Part shown: one piece after another, positions 14,801-26,960 of the stretch
Layout of the letters: every line of letters starts with the position of its first letter
Numbering within the stretch: the stretch's first letter is position 1
Origin: Eledone cirrhosa
Lineage: Eukaryota
NCBI GenBank assembly: GCA_964016885.1
Contig: OZ024744.1
Span: 56,482,001 to 56,546,000 of the forward strand
Reading direction: 5' to 3'
DNA: 64,000 bases
Program-made: the position numbers and the translations under genes
The notes under the pieces: model-generated
Databases searched by the model: none
What the model was told of the DNA's origin: nothing
The model's input: only the letters and a program-made list of their open reading frames with translations

Positions 14801-16475
14801 TCTACACCCCACATTACTCTACACCCCACATTACTCTACATCCCACATTCCTCTGCACACCACATTAGTCTACACCCCACATTACTCTACACCCCACATT
14901 ACTCTACACCCCACATTACTCTACCGCCCCCACATTACTCTACACACCACATCACTCTACACCCCACATTACTCTACCCCCCACATTAGTCTATACACCA
15001 CATTACTCTATACACCACATTACTCTACACACCACATTACTCTACACCCCACATTCCTCTACACACCACATTACTCTACACACCACATTACTCTACACCC
15101 CACATTACTCTACACTCCACATTACTCTACACTCCACATTACTCTACACACCACATTACTCTACACACCACATTACTCTATACCTCACATTACTCTACAC
15201 ACCACATTACTCTACACCCGACATTACTCTACACCCCACATTACTCTACACCCCAAATTACTCTACACCCGACATTACACTACACCCCACATTACTCTAC
15301 ACCCGACATTACTCTACACCCCACATTACTCTACATACCACATTACTCTACACCCCACATTACTCTACACCCCACATTACTCTACCCCCCCCCCCCCACA
15401 TTACTCTACACACCACATTACTCTACACCCCACATTCCTCTACACCCCACATTACTCTACACCCCACATTACTCTACACTCCACATTACTCTACACTCCA
15501 CATTACTCTACACACCACATTACTCTACACCCCACATTACTCTACACTCCACATTACTCTACACTCCACATTACTCTACACACCACATTACTCTACACAC
15601 CACATTACTCTATACCTCACATTACTCTACACACCACATTACTCTACACCCGACATTACTCTACACCCCACATTACTCTACACCCCAAATTACTCTACAC
15701 CCGACATTACACTACACCCCACATTACTCTACACCCGACATTACTCTACACCCCACATTACTCTACATACCACATTACTCTACACCCCACATTACTCTAC
15801 ACACCACATTACTCTACACTCCACATTACTCTACACACCACATTACTCTACACACCACATTACTCTACACCCCACATTACTCTATACACACCACATTACT
15901 CTACACTCCACATTACTCTACACACCACATTACTCTACACACCACATTACTCTACACCCCACATTACGCTACATCCCACATTACTCTACACCCCACATTA
16001 ATCTACACACCACATTACTCTAGACACCACATTACTCTACACACCACATTACTCTACACACCACATCACTCTACACCCCACATTACTCTACCCCCACATT
16101 ACTCTATACACCACATTACTCTACACCACACATTACTCTACACCCCACATTACTCTACACCCCATATTACTCTACACACCACATTACTCTACACACCACA
16201 TTACTCTACACCGCACATTACTCTACACAACACATTACTCTACACACCACATTACTCTACACACCACATTACTCTACACACCAAATTACTCTACACACCA
16301 CATTACTCTACACACCACATTACTCTACACACCACATTACTCTACACTCCACATTACTCTACACACCACATTACTCTACACTCCACATTACTCTACACAC
16401 CACATTACTCTACACACCACATTACTCTACACCCCAAATTACACTACACACCACATTACTCTACACCCCAAATTA
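11811..16475. repeat. 17-bp minisatellite, about 270 units (CATTACTCTACACCCCA)
   Basis: Tandem units with A/C variants. The ORF has a 17-aa periodicity, equal to three units. Confidence 0.98.
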
Positions 16476-16577
16476 CACATTTGTACCCTTATACATAGCC
16501 ATACACACATGCACACATACATACGTATGTGTGTGTTTATAAATAAATAAATATATATATATATATAAATATATATA

Positions 16578-16988
16578 TCATCATCATCATCATCATCATC
16601 ATCAGGTTTAGCGTCCGTGTTCCACGCTTGCATGGGTTTGGACGGGGGTTTTCCCACTTGAGGCAAGAGTGGTTGTCTTGCTCGCATAGGACTGTCTGGC
16701 GGGTTTTCTACAGTTGGATGCCCTTCCTAACACCAACCACATTTACAGTGTGGGGCTGGGAGGTTTTTACCGTGTTGCCTACACGGCCACATTACAGCGT
16801 GGACTGTCTGGCGGGTTTTCTACAGCTGGATGCCCTTCCTAACACCAACCACATTTACAGTGTGGGGCTGGGAGGTTTTTACCGTGTTGCCTACACGGCC
16901 ACATTTACAGCGTGGACTGTGTGTTTTTTGTCGTGACACCTACACGATCTCATTTGTTTCGGCCTGGATGTTGTGGGACCAACATAAC
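16578..16988 (-). mobile_element. Solo 3' UTR of RTE family A (heavily 5'-truncated insertion)
   Basis: Near-identical reverse complement of about 9098-9500. TA-flanked. Confidence 0.93.
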
Positions 16989-17003
16989 TATATATATATA
17001 TAT

Positions 17004-17138
<135 letters not shown>

Positions 17139-17185
17139 TATATAGATATTATATTATATTATATTAAATTATATATATATTATAT

Positions 17186-17219
<34 letters not shown>

Positions 17220-17224
17220 TATAT

Positions 17225-17600
17225 GTTTCTCCCCGTCTTTCTTCCTCCCGTTCGCTGGGAAAACGGTTTTCATTCTTTCTAACACCGGATTCACTAGCGA
17301 AAGGTCTGTTTTCTCACTCGCTCATATATTCACACAGCTTATGCTGAAAGAATAACTATGTTGCTTGTGTTTATTTCCATCTTCGGTTAGCTTCCCCCTG
17401 TGTTGTTTACTTGTCTCACTCGCTTTACGCGTTTCTATTGTCCTAATAACTTATTTCAGTTATTATCGCTCCAACGTGAGGTATATGATTTTTAATGCGA
17501 TGAAATACCCATGATCGTTTGGTAAATCACTGATGAGGGACTCATTTTATAACATGTTATCCATGTGCAACCAGCAGTATTCTTCTCACCCATATTTTCA
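17225..17600 (+). mobile_element. TA-flanked non-coding element, copy 2 (pseudoknotted-hammerhead family)
   Basis: Pyrimidine-rich 5' part is homologous to copy 3. A short inverted terminal fragment lies at about 17651-17675. Confidence 0.85.
17440..17541 (+). ncRNA. Candidate non-canonical hammerhead ribozyme, copy 2
   Basis: GGTAT-A-TGATTT ... GAA-ATACC ... AAATCA-CTGATGA. Confidence 0.62.
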
Positions 17601-17670
17601 TATATATATGTGTATATATATATATATATGTGTGTGTATATATATATATATAAAACATGAGAAGAAAGAA

Positions 17671-17707
<37 letters not shown>

Positions 17708-17710
<3 letters not shown>

Positions 17711-20256
17711 TCATCATCATCATCATCATCACCGTTATACGTCCGTTCTTCCATGCTAGCATGGGTTAGACGGGCTGTCCTGTTGTGGGCAGTGTCTTTG
17801 TTGGCTGACCCTGCCTTGCTCATATGGGAACTTATTTGGCTTGATTTCTACAGCTGGATGCCCTTCCTAACACCAACCTCATTTACAGTGAGTGCTGGGT
17901 GCTTTTCCGTGGCGCCTACACGTCCACTTTACAGTGTGGGCTGGGTGCTTTTTTGCCGTGGCACCTCCACAACCACCTTGCAGTGGGAGGGTGTGGGGGC
18001 ATATTGTCTATATGCTTCAGCTTGTACCCATGGGAGGTCGGGTACTCTGTATTACTGTGTGACGCCAGAGGTCACGGTCGTGTGTCATCGCCTTTGAGAG
18101 GTGTAATTGGGTAAGGTCGGCTTTTATCACCTCATCCCAGGTCATCTTGGGTCTCCCCACTCCGCGGTTTCCATCGACTTCTAGTGCTCTGCACCTTTTT
18201 ATGCAGCTGTCATCCTTCATACGCATCACATGTCCATACCAACGCAACCGCCTCTCCTGCACACAGCATTTGATTCCTCTTATGCTCAGTCTCTCTCTCA
18301 ATTCATTTATGCTTTGCCGTTCGCATATATTACTATTACACATCCATCGGAGCATGCAGGCTTCGTTTCTTTCTAATCTACGTAAGTCTTCCACCTTCAG
18401 CGCCCAGGTCTCACTACCATGTAACATTTCTGTTCAGATACACGCATCATACAGTCTGCCTTTCATTTTTAGGGAGAAGCCTTTTGCAGCTAGCAGTGGT
18501 AGTAGTTCCCTAAACTTCTTCCATCCTGTTCTTACCCTAGTTATTGTACTTTCTGAACACCCACCTCCGCTGCTAATTCGGTCACCTAGGTAGCAGAAGC
18601 TGTCTACTGTTTCCTCAGAGCCCTCCCAGAGATTGGTGGTACTTGTTTCCTGTGGCTGTTTGCTGTTTGCTGTCCCAGCACAGCTGCTATATGTGAAACC
18701 TACATTCCTAATTAAGCTTCCTGAGATCCCGCTACATCTCTTGTGTACCCATTGTTTGCATTTGGGGCAGAGAATGGAGTTCCTACCTACACCTTTCCTA
18801 CATACTGAGCAAGACCATTTCCCTGAGGGGATCTGGGTTCTGTTTTCTCGTCTACTTACAAGGACCTTAGTCTTTGTCAGGTTGACTTTGAGACCCTTTC
18901 TTTCTAGTCCCTGCTTCCAAGTTTGAAATTTCTTCTCTAGTTCTACCATAGATTCAGCTATAAGTGCGAGGTCATCTGCATACAGGAGTTCCCATGGGCA
19001 TCCAGTCTTAAACTCCTCCGTTATTGCCTGCAGGACTATGATGAACTGGAGAGGGCTAAGAACAGAGCCTGTACGCTAAATTCCTCGCTATAGTTATTGC
19101 TAATCCTAACTTTGCTGACTGCTCCCCTATACATGGCTTGTACAGCTTTCACAAGCCATTCATCTACTCCTAGTTTTCTAAGAGCCCACCAGATTATAGC
19201 ATGTGGAACTCTGTCAAAGGCTTTCTCGAGATCGACGAATGCCAGGTAGAGTGGCTTACTTTTAGCTAGGTACTTTTCCTGTAACTGCCTCACAAGGAAG
19301 AGGGCATCAGTGGTGCCTCTTCCTGGTACAAACCCAAATTGCATCTCATCTAGTTTCATCCGGTCCCTAATCAACTTTGCTATAACTCTTTCTGTTATTT
19401 TCATGACCTGGTCCATCAGCTTTATACCTCTATAGTTTCCTCTATCTAGTACATCACCTTTACCTTTGTAGCAGTTGACAATGATGCTACTGCACCAATC
19501 TTTTGGTATGACACCTTCTAGTATTACCTGGTTAACAATACGTGTGGTTATGGTGTGACCTACAGACCCAGATGCCTTCAGCATCTCGGCAGTTATACCC
19601 GATGGACCGGTTGCCTTCCCCCTCTTCATATCTTTGATTGCCTTACTTACTACGCTACTGCTGGCCCCTCTATAGGGTCTACTTGGGGTAGAGTCTCTTC
19701 TTCCCATGCATTCTCCTCATTTAGTAATCGATCATAATGACTCTTCCATGCATCTTTCTTCTCAGCACTTGTGAGGGCAAGCTCACCTTTATCATTCCAG
19801 ATACACTTCTCTCCAATGACATCACAACTATCTCTGACACACTGCCTCGCAATCTTGAATACCTCCTGTTTCTGGTCCTCACGTTGTAAAACATGCTTGA
19901 ATTTTCTATATCCCCTGCTTCCCTCCCAGCTAAGTATACTTGTTGCCTAGCTTCCCTCCTGGTCTCTATGTAATGTACCCAGCTTCCCCCGTTCTTCCAT
20001 TCTTTCCATGCCTGTCTCTTGGCCTTAACTGCCTCATCTACCTTATTGTTCCACCACCAAGTCACTTTCCTCCTGCCTGTGGTCTTACTCCAGCCACAGA
20101 TCTCATCCATCGCCTCTAGTAAGTTATCTTACTCCAGCCACAGATCTCATCCGTCGCCTCTAGTAAGTTATCTTACTCCAGCCACAGATCTCATCCGTCG
20201 CCTCTAGTAAGTTATCTTACTCCAGCCACAGATCTCATCCGTCGCCTCCAGTAAGT
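17708..20256 (-). mobile_element. 5'-truncated, frameshifted RTE LINE (family B)
   Basis: RT, PHD-type finger and C-terminal pieces lie in ORFs 18017-20110. (CAT)n tail on the left; 44-bp x4 repeat at the 5' junction. Confidence 0.95.
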
Positions 20257-20260
20257 ATAT

Positions 20261-20295
<35 letters not shown>

Positions 20296-20308
20296 TTAAC
20301 GTCTATCT

Positions 20309-20541
20309 TCTATACTAGCATGGGTTAGACGGGAGTTGTCCCACTTGAGGCAAGATTGGTCGGGTGACCGGGTCTCATATACATATATCATCATCATCAT
20401 CATCATCACCGTTTTACGTCCGTTCTTCCACGCTAAAACGGTGATGATGATGATGATGATGATATATGTATATGAGACCCGGTCACCCGACCAATCTTGC
20501 CTCAAGTGGGACAACTCCCGTCTAACCCATGCTAGTGTAGA
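20309..20541. repeat. 108-bp-arm fold-back inverted repeat made of RTE tail fragments
   Basis: Arms at 20309-20416 and 20434-20541, with a 17-nt loop. Confidence 0.92.
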
Positions 20542-20574
20542 TATGTATATATATATATAAATAATAATAATAAT

Positions 20575-20643
<69 letters not shown>

Positions 20644-20679
20644 TACACACATATATATATACATACATATATATATATA

Positions 20680-22309
20680 CAGTGCTCCGCAAAAGTTTAT
20701 AACACATTAGGAAAAATGCGGTTTTAGGTATTTTTAATAAAATTAGGGTATTGAAAATTTAACTACTGATAGAACATATAATGAGGCATTTAATGATACA
20801 ATCATATTTAAAAAAAAAAACAAGGAAATAGCTCATGAAGAAAAATCAATATTTTTATCACGCAAAAGTTTACAACACATTTTATATTTATCGCTTTTTT
20901 TCAAGAAAATTCTTAAATTTTCAGATTTAAAATTCAGTAGAATGTTCTAGATTAGGTTTAAGGTAACGTCTAAGGACTATTAAAAACATTATGTTATTAT
21001 TTGTCTGACAACCATCCTGTAAACATTGACAACCATCCTGTAAACATTGACAACCGTCCTGTAAACATTGACAATATGGGGAAAAATAAACTGATTGATC
21101 AAGACCTCCGTAAACGCATTGTAGACCTTCATACAAATGGTGTTGGTTATAGAAAGATATCTTGTCAGTTAAATGTGCCATTGAGTTCAGTTGGTACTAT
21201 AATTCGTCACTGGAAATCTCATCATTCCATCTGTCCTCTAATTAGTTCTGGTTGTCCTAGAAAGATAACGGAACGTGCAGCTCGGTTATTGACGAGAAAG
21301 GTTAGCAACGAACCTCGGTGTACTCTTAAAAATCTTCAGGATGACCTAGAAGGAAGTGGTGTAAAAGTGAGCACAGATACAATTAGTCGTTCACTTCATC
21401 GATATATCTTCTTGAGGTCTCCAAGGAAAACACCACTTCTTATGAGGAAACACGTTCTTCGTCGATTAAACTTTGCAAATGAGCATCTCATCAAACCTGC
21501 GTCATTTTGGGAAGATGTACTTTGGTCGGACGAAACAAAAATTGAACTTTTTGGTCGAAATGCTGTGGCAAAAGTCTGGAGAAAGAAAGGCACTGAATAT
21601 TCGCCGAAGAATACTATTCCAACTGTAAAATTTGGAGGTGGATCAATCATGGTCTGGGGCTGCTTTAGTGCCATAGGTGTAAAAAATATTGAAATAATAG
21701 AAGGAAGAATGTATGGCGCTTATTATAGAGGTATTTTGCAAAGGAATTTACATCAAAGTGCACATTCTCTCAGCTTAAATCCAGGTTGGTTTTTTCAACA
21801 AGATAACGGTCCAAAGCATACTGCAAAGCTAACACAATCTTGGTTAACTACGAATGGAATAAATGTTCTAAAATGGCCAAGTCAGTCTCCAGATCTTAAC
21901 CCGATCGAAAATTTGTGGAGAGAACTGAAACTCAGAATTCAAAAAAAGAAACCCCAAAATATCCCTGAACTAAAGAAAATTTGTTGTGAAGAATGGAAAA
22001 ATATTAGCCAAGAAACATGCAAGAAGTTTGTAGGAGGCTACTCCAAACGTCTACAGGCTGTAATTAACAACAAAGGTTACGCTACGAAATATTAAGACAT
22101 GATTTAATAAATGTGTTGTAAACTTTTGCGTTATAAAAATACTGATTTTTCTTCATGAGTTATTTCCTTGTTATTTTTTTAAAAATATGATTGTATCATG
22201 AGATGCCTCACTATATGTTCTATCAGTAGTTAAATTTTCATTACCTTAACTTTATTAAAAATACCTAAAACTGCATTTTTCCTAATGTGTTGTAAACTTT
22301 TGCGGGGCA

Positions 22310-22312
<3 letters not shown>
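20680..22312 (+). mobile_element. Full-length Tc1-family DNA transposon (IR/DR type, 1633 bp) in a TA target
   Basis: CAGTG...CACTG ends. The ~200-bp TIRs each carry two GCAAAAGTTTAYAACACATT repeats. TA flanks. Confidence 0.97.
21076..22095 (+). CDS. Tc1-like transposase, 339 aa, DD34E
   Basis: N-terminal HTH region, GCPRK linker, WSDETK, QQDNGPKH and SPDLNPIENLW. There are 34 residues between the second D and the E, and no stops. Confidence 0.95.
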   Translation: MGKNKLIDQDLRKRIVDLHTNGVGYRKISCQLNVPLSSVGTIIRHWKSHHSICPLISSGCPRKITERAARLLTRKVSNEPRCTLKNLQDDLEGSGVKVSTDTISRSLHRYIFLRSPRKTPLLMRKHVLRRLNFANEHLIKPASFWEDVLWSDETKIELFGRNAVAKVWRKKGTEYSPKNTIPTVKFGGGSIMVWGCFSAIGVKNIEIIEGRMYGAYYRGILQRNLHQSAHSLSLNPGWFFQQDNGPKHTAKLTQSWLTTNGINVLKWPSQSPDLNPIENLWRELKLRIQKKKPQNIPELKKICCEEWKNISQETCKKFVGGYSKRLQAVINNKGYATKY

Positions 22313-22403
<91 letters not shown>

Positions 22404-22625
22404 AATTAAGTTAAAGATGTACATCCATATATGTATACTGAAATACTAGTATGTATATGAATACACACCCGTATACATATGTAGATGTACCAAGTTTTTT
22501 CACTGGTCACTTTACTGTGAGTGGCCAGCTATTCTGTATGTAAACACACAGACAAACCGGTTTTTAGAGTCATACTGGTTTTTGAGGAAACACCTTTCCT
22601 CTATTCTCCAGAAAGCCAGACAAGG

Positions 22626-22670
22626 AATATTGAACTAGTTTCGTTGTTGTTACAACTCATCAGCAATATT
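22626..22670 (-). ncRNA. Minimal type I hammerhead ribozyme
   Basis: Reverse complement of 23362-23406. Confidence 0.85.
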
Positions 22671-23361
22671 TACCTATCTTCCGGCCTCTCTAGAGAATCG
22701 TAAAAGCACATATCGTTATATGCTTTTTCTATGAAAATTAGTAGTGGGCAGACTAATTTGCATAGAGTGTGAGTAAGTACCGGTTCAACGGAGACGATAA
22801 AAACAAATAACGAAACGAAATTAAATTTCGTTTCGTTTGTAACTCACTTTTGTATGACTGACGCTTAAACAATTAAGTTAAAGATGTACATCCATATATG
22901 TATACTGAAATACTAGTATGTATATGAATACACACCCGTATACATATGTAGATGTACCAAGTTTTTTCACTGGTCACTTTACTGTGAGTGGCCAGCTATT
23001 CTGTATGTAAACACACAGACAAACCGGTTTTTAGAGTCATACTGGTTTTTGAGGAAACACCTTGAAAAAACTTGGTACATCTACATATGTATACGGGTGT
23101 GTATTCATATACATACTAGTATTTCAGTATACATATATGGATGTACATCTTTAACTTAATTGTTTAAGCGTCAGTCATACAAAAGTGAGTTACAAACGAA
23201 ACGAAATTTAATTTCGTTTCGTTATTTGTTTTTATCGTCTCCGTTGAACCGGTACTTACTCACACTCTATGCAAATTAGTCTGCCCACTACTAATTTTCA
23301 TAGAAAAAGCATATAACGATATGTGCTTTTACGATTCTCTAGAGAGGCCGGAAGATAGGTA

Positions 23362-23406
23362 AATATTGCTGATGAGTTGTAACAACAACGAAACTAGTTC
23401 AATATT
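23362..23406 (+). ncRNA. Minimal type I hammerhead ribozyme
   Basis: AATATTG-CTGATGA-GTTGT-aaca-ACAAC-GAA-ACTAGT-T-CAATATT: 7-bp stem I, 5-bp stem II and palindromic stem III. Confidence 0.87.
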
Positions 23407-23695
23407 CCTTGTCTGGCTTTCTGGAGAATAGAGCAAAGGTGTTTCCTCAAAAACCAGTATGACTCTAAAAACCGGTTTGTCTGTGTGTTTACATACAGAA
23501 TAGCTGGCCACTCACAGTAAAGTGACCAGTGAAAAAACTTGGTACATCTACATATGTATACGGGTGTGTATTCATATACATACTAGTATTTCAGTATACA
23601 TATATGGATGTACATCTTTAACTTAATTGTTTAAGCGTCAGTCATACAAAAGTGAGTTACAAACGAAACGAAATTTAATTTCGTTTCGTTATTTG

Positions 23696-23751
<56 letters not shown>

Positions 23752-23753
23752 TA

Positions 23754-24060
23754 TAAAATACGTAGTTAAGAAAGTCACAACAATGCAGAGGGAAATCTCG
23801 AGGTAGGAAGTGAATGATAGATAGGAGAAACAGGTGAAAGTGAAAAGAAGGGTTACCGTAGTGGAGATTAAATCTCCACTACGGTAACCCTTCTACCTTT
23901 GTTTTGTTTTCATCTTTGTCTCTCTCAATTTTCACTTTCACCTGTTTCTCCTATCTATCATTCACTTCCTACCTCGAGATTTCCCTCTGCATTGTTGTGG
24001 CTTTCTTAACTACGTATTTTACACATTTCACAATGCTTCAAGCAAACTTTAACACCCTCA
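23754..24060 (+). mobile_element. TA-flanked element with nested inverted repeats, related to 53862-54133
   Basis: Outer arms at 23754-23846 and 23929-24021; inner hairpin at 23846-23894. Shares CACAATGCTTCAAGCAAACTT with its relative. Confidence 0.7.
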
Positions 24061-24476
24061 TATAAATATATATATATATAGTATTAAGGATAATATTTAT
24101 GGTTATGTATATACTAAAACCTTTTATAGTTATATATATTTTATTTTAAACCCTAAACAGTGAAAGACAGTAATTTATTACTACCTTATTACCAGTAAGA
24201 TAAATAGCTCAATGTAACAACATCAGTTGTTCTACAAAGCAGTTATATAGAAATTACATGAATCAAAGTTCTGTTTAAACCATTTATTCGCCTACAATTG
24301 TTTCTTCAACACACTGTGCATCGATATATACATATGTTTCTATATGTCTCTTGTGTTGGAAAGGAGGTCAAGTATGTAAAAAATCATTGAAAAACTGCTC
24401 CGAAGACTCCAAACGTCGGTTTGGAAGAAACAATTGTAAGCGAATAAATGGTTTAAACAGAACTTTGATTCATGTA

Positions 24477-24606
<130 letters not shown>

Positions 24607-24729
24607 ATATGTGTGTGTGTATATATATATAAGAGATGGCAACATGAATGGACCTGTTATTTTTCTCTAAAAACATTTTTTCCGATTACGACCTACCCAT
24701 CCCTTCAATCTATCTTATTTCTCATTCTT

Positions 24730-24765
24730 TCTTCTGATGAAGGACTAGCGTCCGAAACGTTAAGA
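24730..24765 (+). ncRNA. Minimal Penelope-type hammerhead ribozyme
   Basis: TCTT-CTGATGA-A-GGAC-tagc-GTCC-GAA-ACGT-T-AAGA, within a TA-flanked segment at about 24631-24850. Confidence 0.75.
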
Positions 24766-25120
24766 CCCTCTTCCTGCTATTTAAAGTGTTAAACTAATAT
24801 ACCCCTTCCATATACTGTACTGATTGTGTTGGTATTTCTGTTTACCTTTTACATATATATATATACATATATTTAGATATATATGCATATGTATGTATAT
24901 ACAAGTATATGATAAAGTTATATCCGTATATATATAGAATAGAGGTAACTGTGACTGCTTATACATTTTTAGTAAACATGTTAAATATACATATTTTCCT
25001 GCAAATTGAAAAATATGATAAACACCTTTAGTTTCCAAGTCTATTGGGGTTTTCTCAGAAGCCATGTATCTCATCTAACCAACCACAAGGAAATACTTAA
25101 CTACCATCATGAGAAATAAT

Positions 25121-25179
<59 letters not shown>

Positions 25180-25204
25180 CTCTCTCTCTTTTTTTCTTCT
25201 TCTT

Positions 25205-26180
25205 CTTGTCTGTATTGTCTGGCCCTTGACAGCACTGGTTCTCATTCCTGGTGTGCACCATTCAGCATCAAACCTATCAAGTGCATGTCTGAGATCACCT
25301 TCTGATGATCTAAGTAATACCATATTGTCTGCAAATTTCAGCCGACTAATCCCTACACTCGTGTCATCTTGATACTACTCCCTACCTGGCTGCACATGTC
25401 AATCCAGTTCATGAAGACTATGAACAGAAGAAATGACAGAACACACTCTCTGTGGTGTCTGACACTCACATTGAATGTTTTCAACTTAGCACCATTTATC
25501 CAAACAAAAATAGGTGGGCATTTGTATAGAAACTTGAAGGCAATAAAAAGCTGTCCATTAATCCCGTAATCCTGCAGGACCTTCCACAACAGGGTCTAAG
25601 GAATCTGGTCATATGTCTTTTCAAGGTCTACAAAATAAGCATAGACCTCTTGACAATACTCCCATGATTTCTAGAAGACCTGTCACAGTGTGAATATTTG
25701 GTTGGCTGAGCTGTGTGTGGGGTGAGAAGAAGAAGAAGAAGAAGAAGAAGAAGAAGAAGAAGAAGAAGAAGAAGGAGGAGGAGGAGGAGGAGGAGGAGGA
25801 GAATAAGAATAAGGATGATGATGAGGAGGAGGGGGGGTGGGAGGGGGAGAAGAATAAGGAGGATGAGGTGGGAGGGGGGGAAGAAGGAGGAGGGGGAAGA
25901 GGAGGAGGAGGAGAAGAAGAAGGAGGAGGAGGATGGGGGGAGGAGAAGAAGAAGGAGAAGGAGGAGAATAAGAATAAGGATGATGATGAGGAGGAGGTGG
26001 TGGGGAGGGGGGAGAAGAAGAAGAAGGAGGGGGGAAGAGGAGGAGGAGAAGGAAGAGGAGGGGGGGGGGGGGAGAAGAAGAAGAAGAAGAAGAAGAAGAA
26101 GAAGACCACACTGTTCTTCAGCAAACTTGGATTCAACAATATTCTTACATCTCTTTGCCAGACACTTAGCATAGACTTTC
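25205..26180 (-). mobile_element. Degenerate RTE-type RT fragment (family D) interrupted by a GA-rich trinucleotide tract at 25724-26104
   Basis: KVYAKCL...EEQCG on one side of the tract; FVDLEKTYD and LWKVLQDYGING on the other. Confidence 0.75.
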
Positions 26181-26960
26181 ATCATCATCCTTGGACTCCT
26201 CTGTGGGCAGTCGGAACTCTCTTGACAATCCCTTTCTACACTGTTTGGTCCTGCATTGCTGTCCCCAGATCCCTTATGTCCAACCCTGAGTATGGTGTCT
26301 GGAAAAGTCAGTTTTCATGAATAGACACATCCAGAGGGATGCCACAGAAGGAGAGATGAAATGATTTCTTTGCCACCACAATGACAGTGACCAGCAAATT
26401 GTAGTCTTTTTTGCTTGAGTCTGAGGGATATTGGAATCAAATCTCCATAGATGGTTTCAAGTGTTGCGTGTGATCTCCTGCTTATGTTTTTGATTCTTCT
26501 GAGCAGATTTCTATATGCTCCATCCAGCCATCTTTCAAGACGAACAGATAAGGTCCATGTTTCTGATCCATATAGAACCAGAATGGATTTAGAAGAGGCA
26601 GGACAACAACTGCTCAAATTCTCTCTATTCACTGCATATTGGAAGAAATGAAAAAACTCAACAGGGAGATCACGATATGTTTTGTCGACTTTTGCAAGGC
26701 GTTTGATTCTATCAGTAGAGATGTTACGTTTAAAATACTACGGAATATCTTCTGGCATTGTTGAGGCAATTGAAGCTCTGTTCAAAAACACCACTGCCAC
26801 CGTTGTATCACCTGATGGTGAGACTGAATCCTTTGAAGTAAAAGCAGGAGTTCTACAAGGTGACATACTTGCCCCTTTTCTCATCTTAGTTGTTCTAGAC
26901 TATATCGTGCATTTCTCGGTAGACAACATGAAGGAGAAAAGACTCCTTCTGAAATGTCAC
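26180..26960. mobile_element. RTE-group LINE (family C) fragment with a 5' inversion
   Basis: Minus strand 26180-26640 gives LYGSETWTL...RLQFAGHC plus a tail. Plus strand 26640-26960 gives FVDF.KAFDSI and GVLQGDILAPFL. Confidence 0.75.

Larger units (their letters stand above)
22399..23700. mobile_element. 467-bp-unit hammerhead-bearing element in tandem plus inverted arrangement (retrozyme or Penelope pLTR-like)
   Basis: The unit restarts at 22866 and inverts at about 23063. (TA)n on both sides. Confidence 0.85.

Noticed and set aside
23975-24060. Twister-like words (AAGC, AGAGGG) on the minus strand
   Set aside because: The two required pseudoknot pairings could not be formed.
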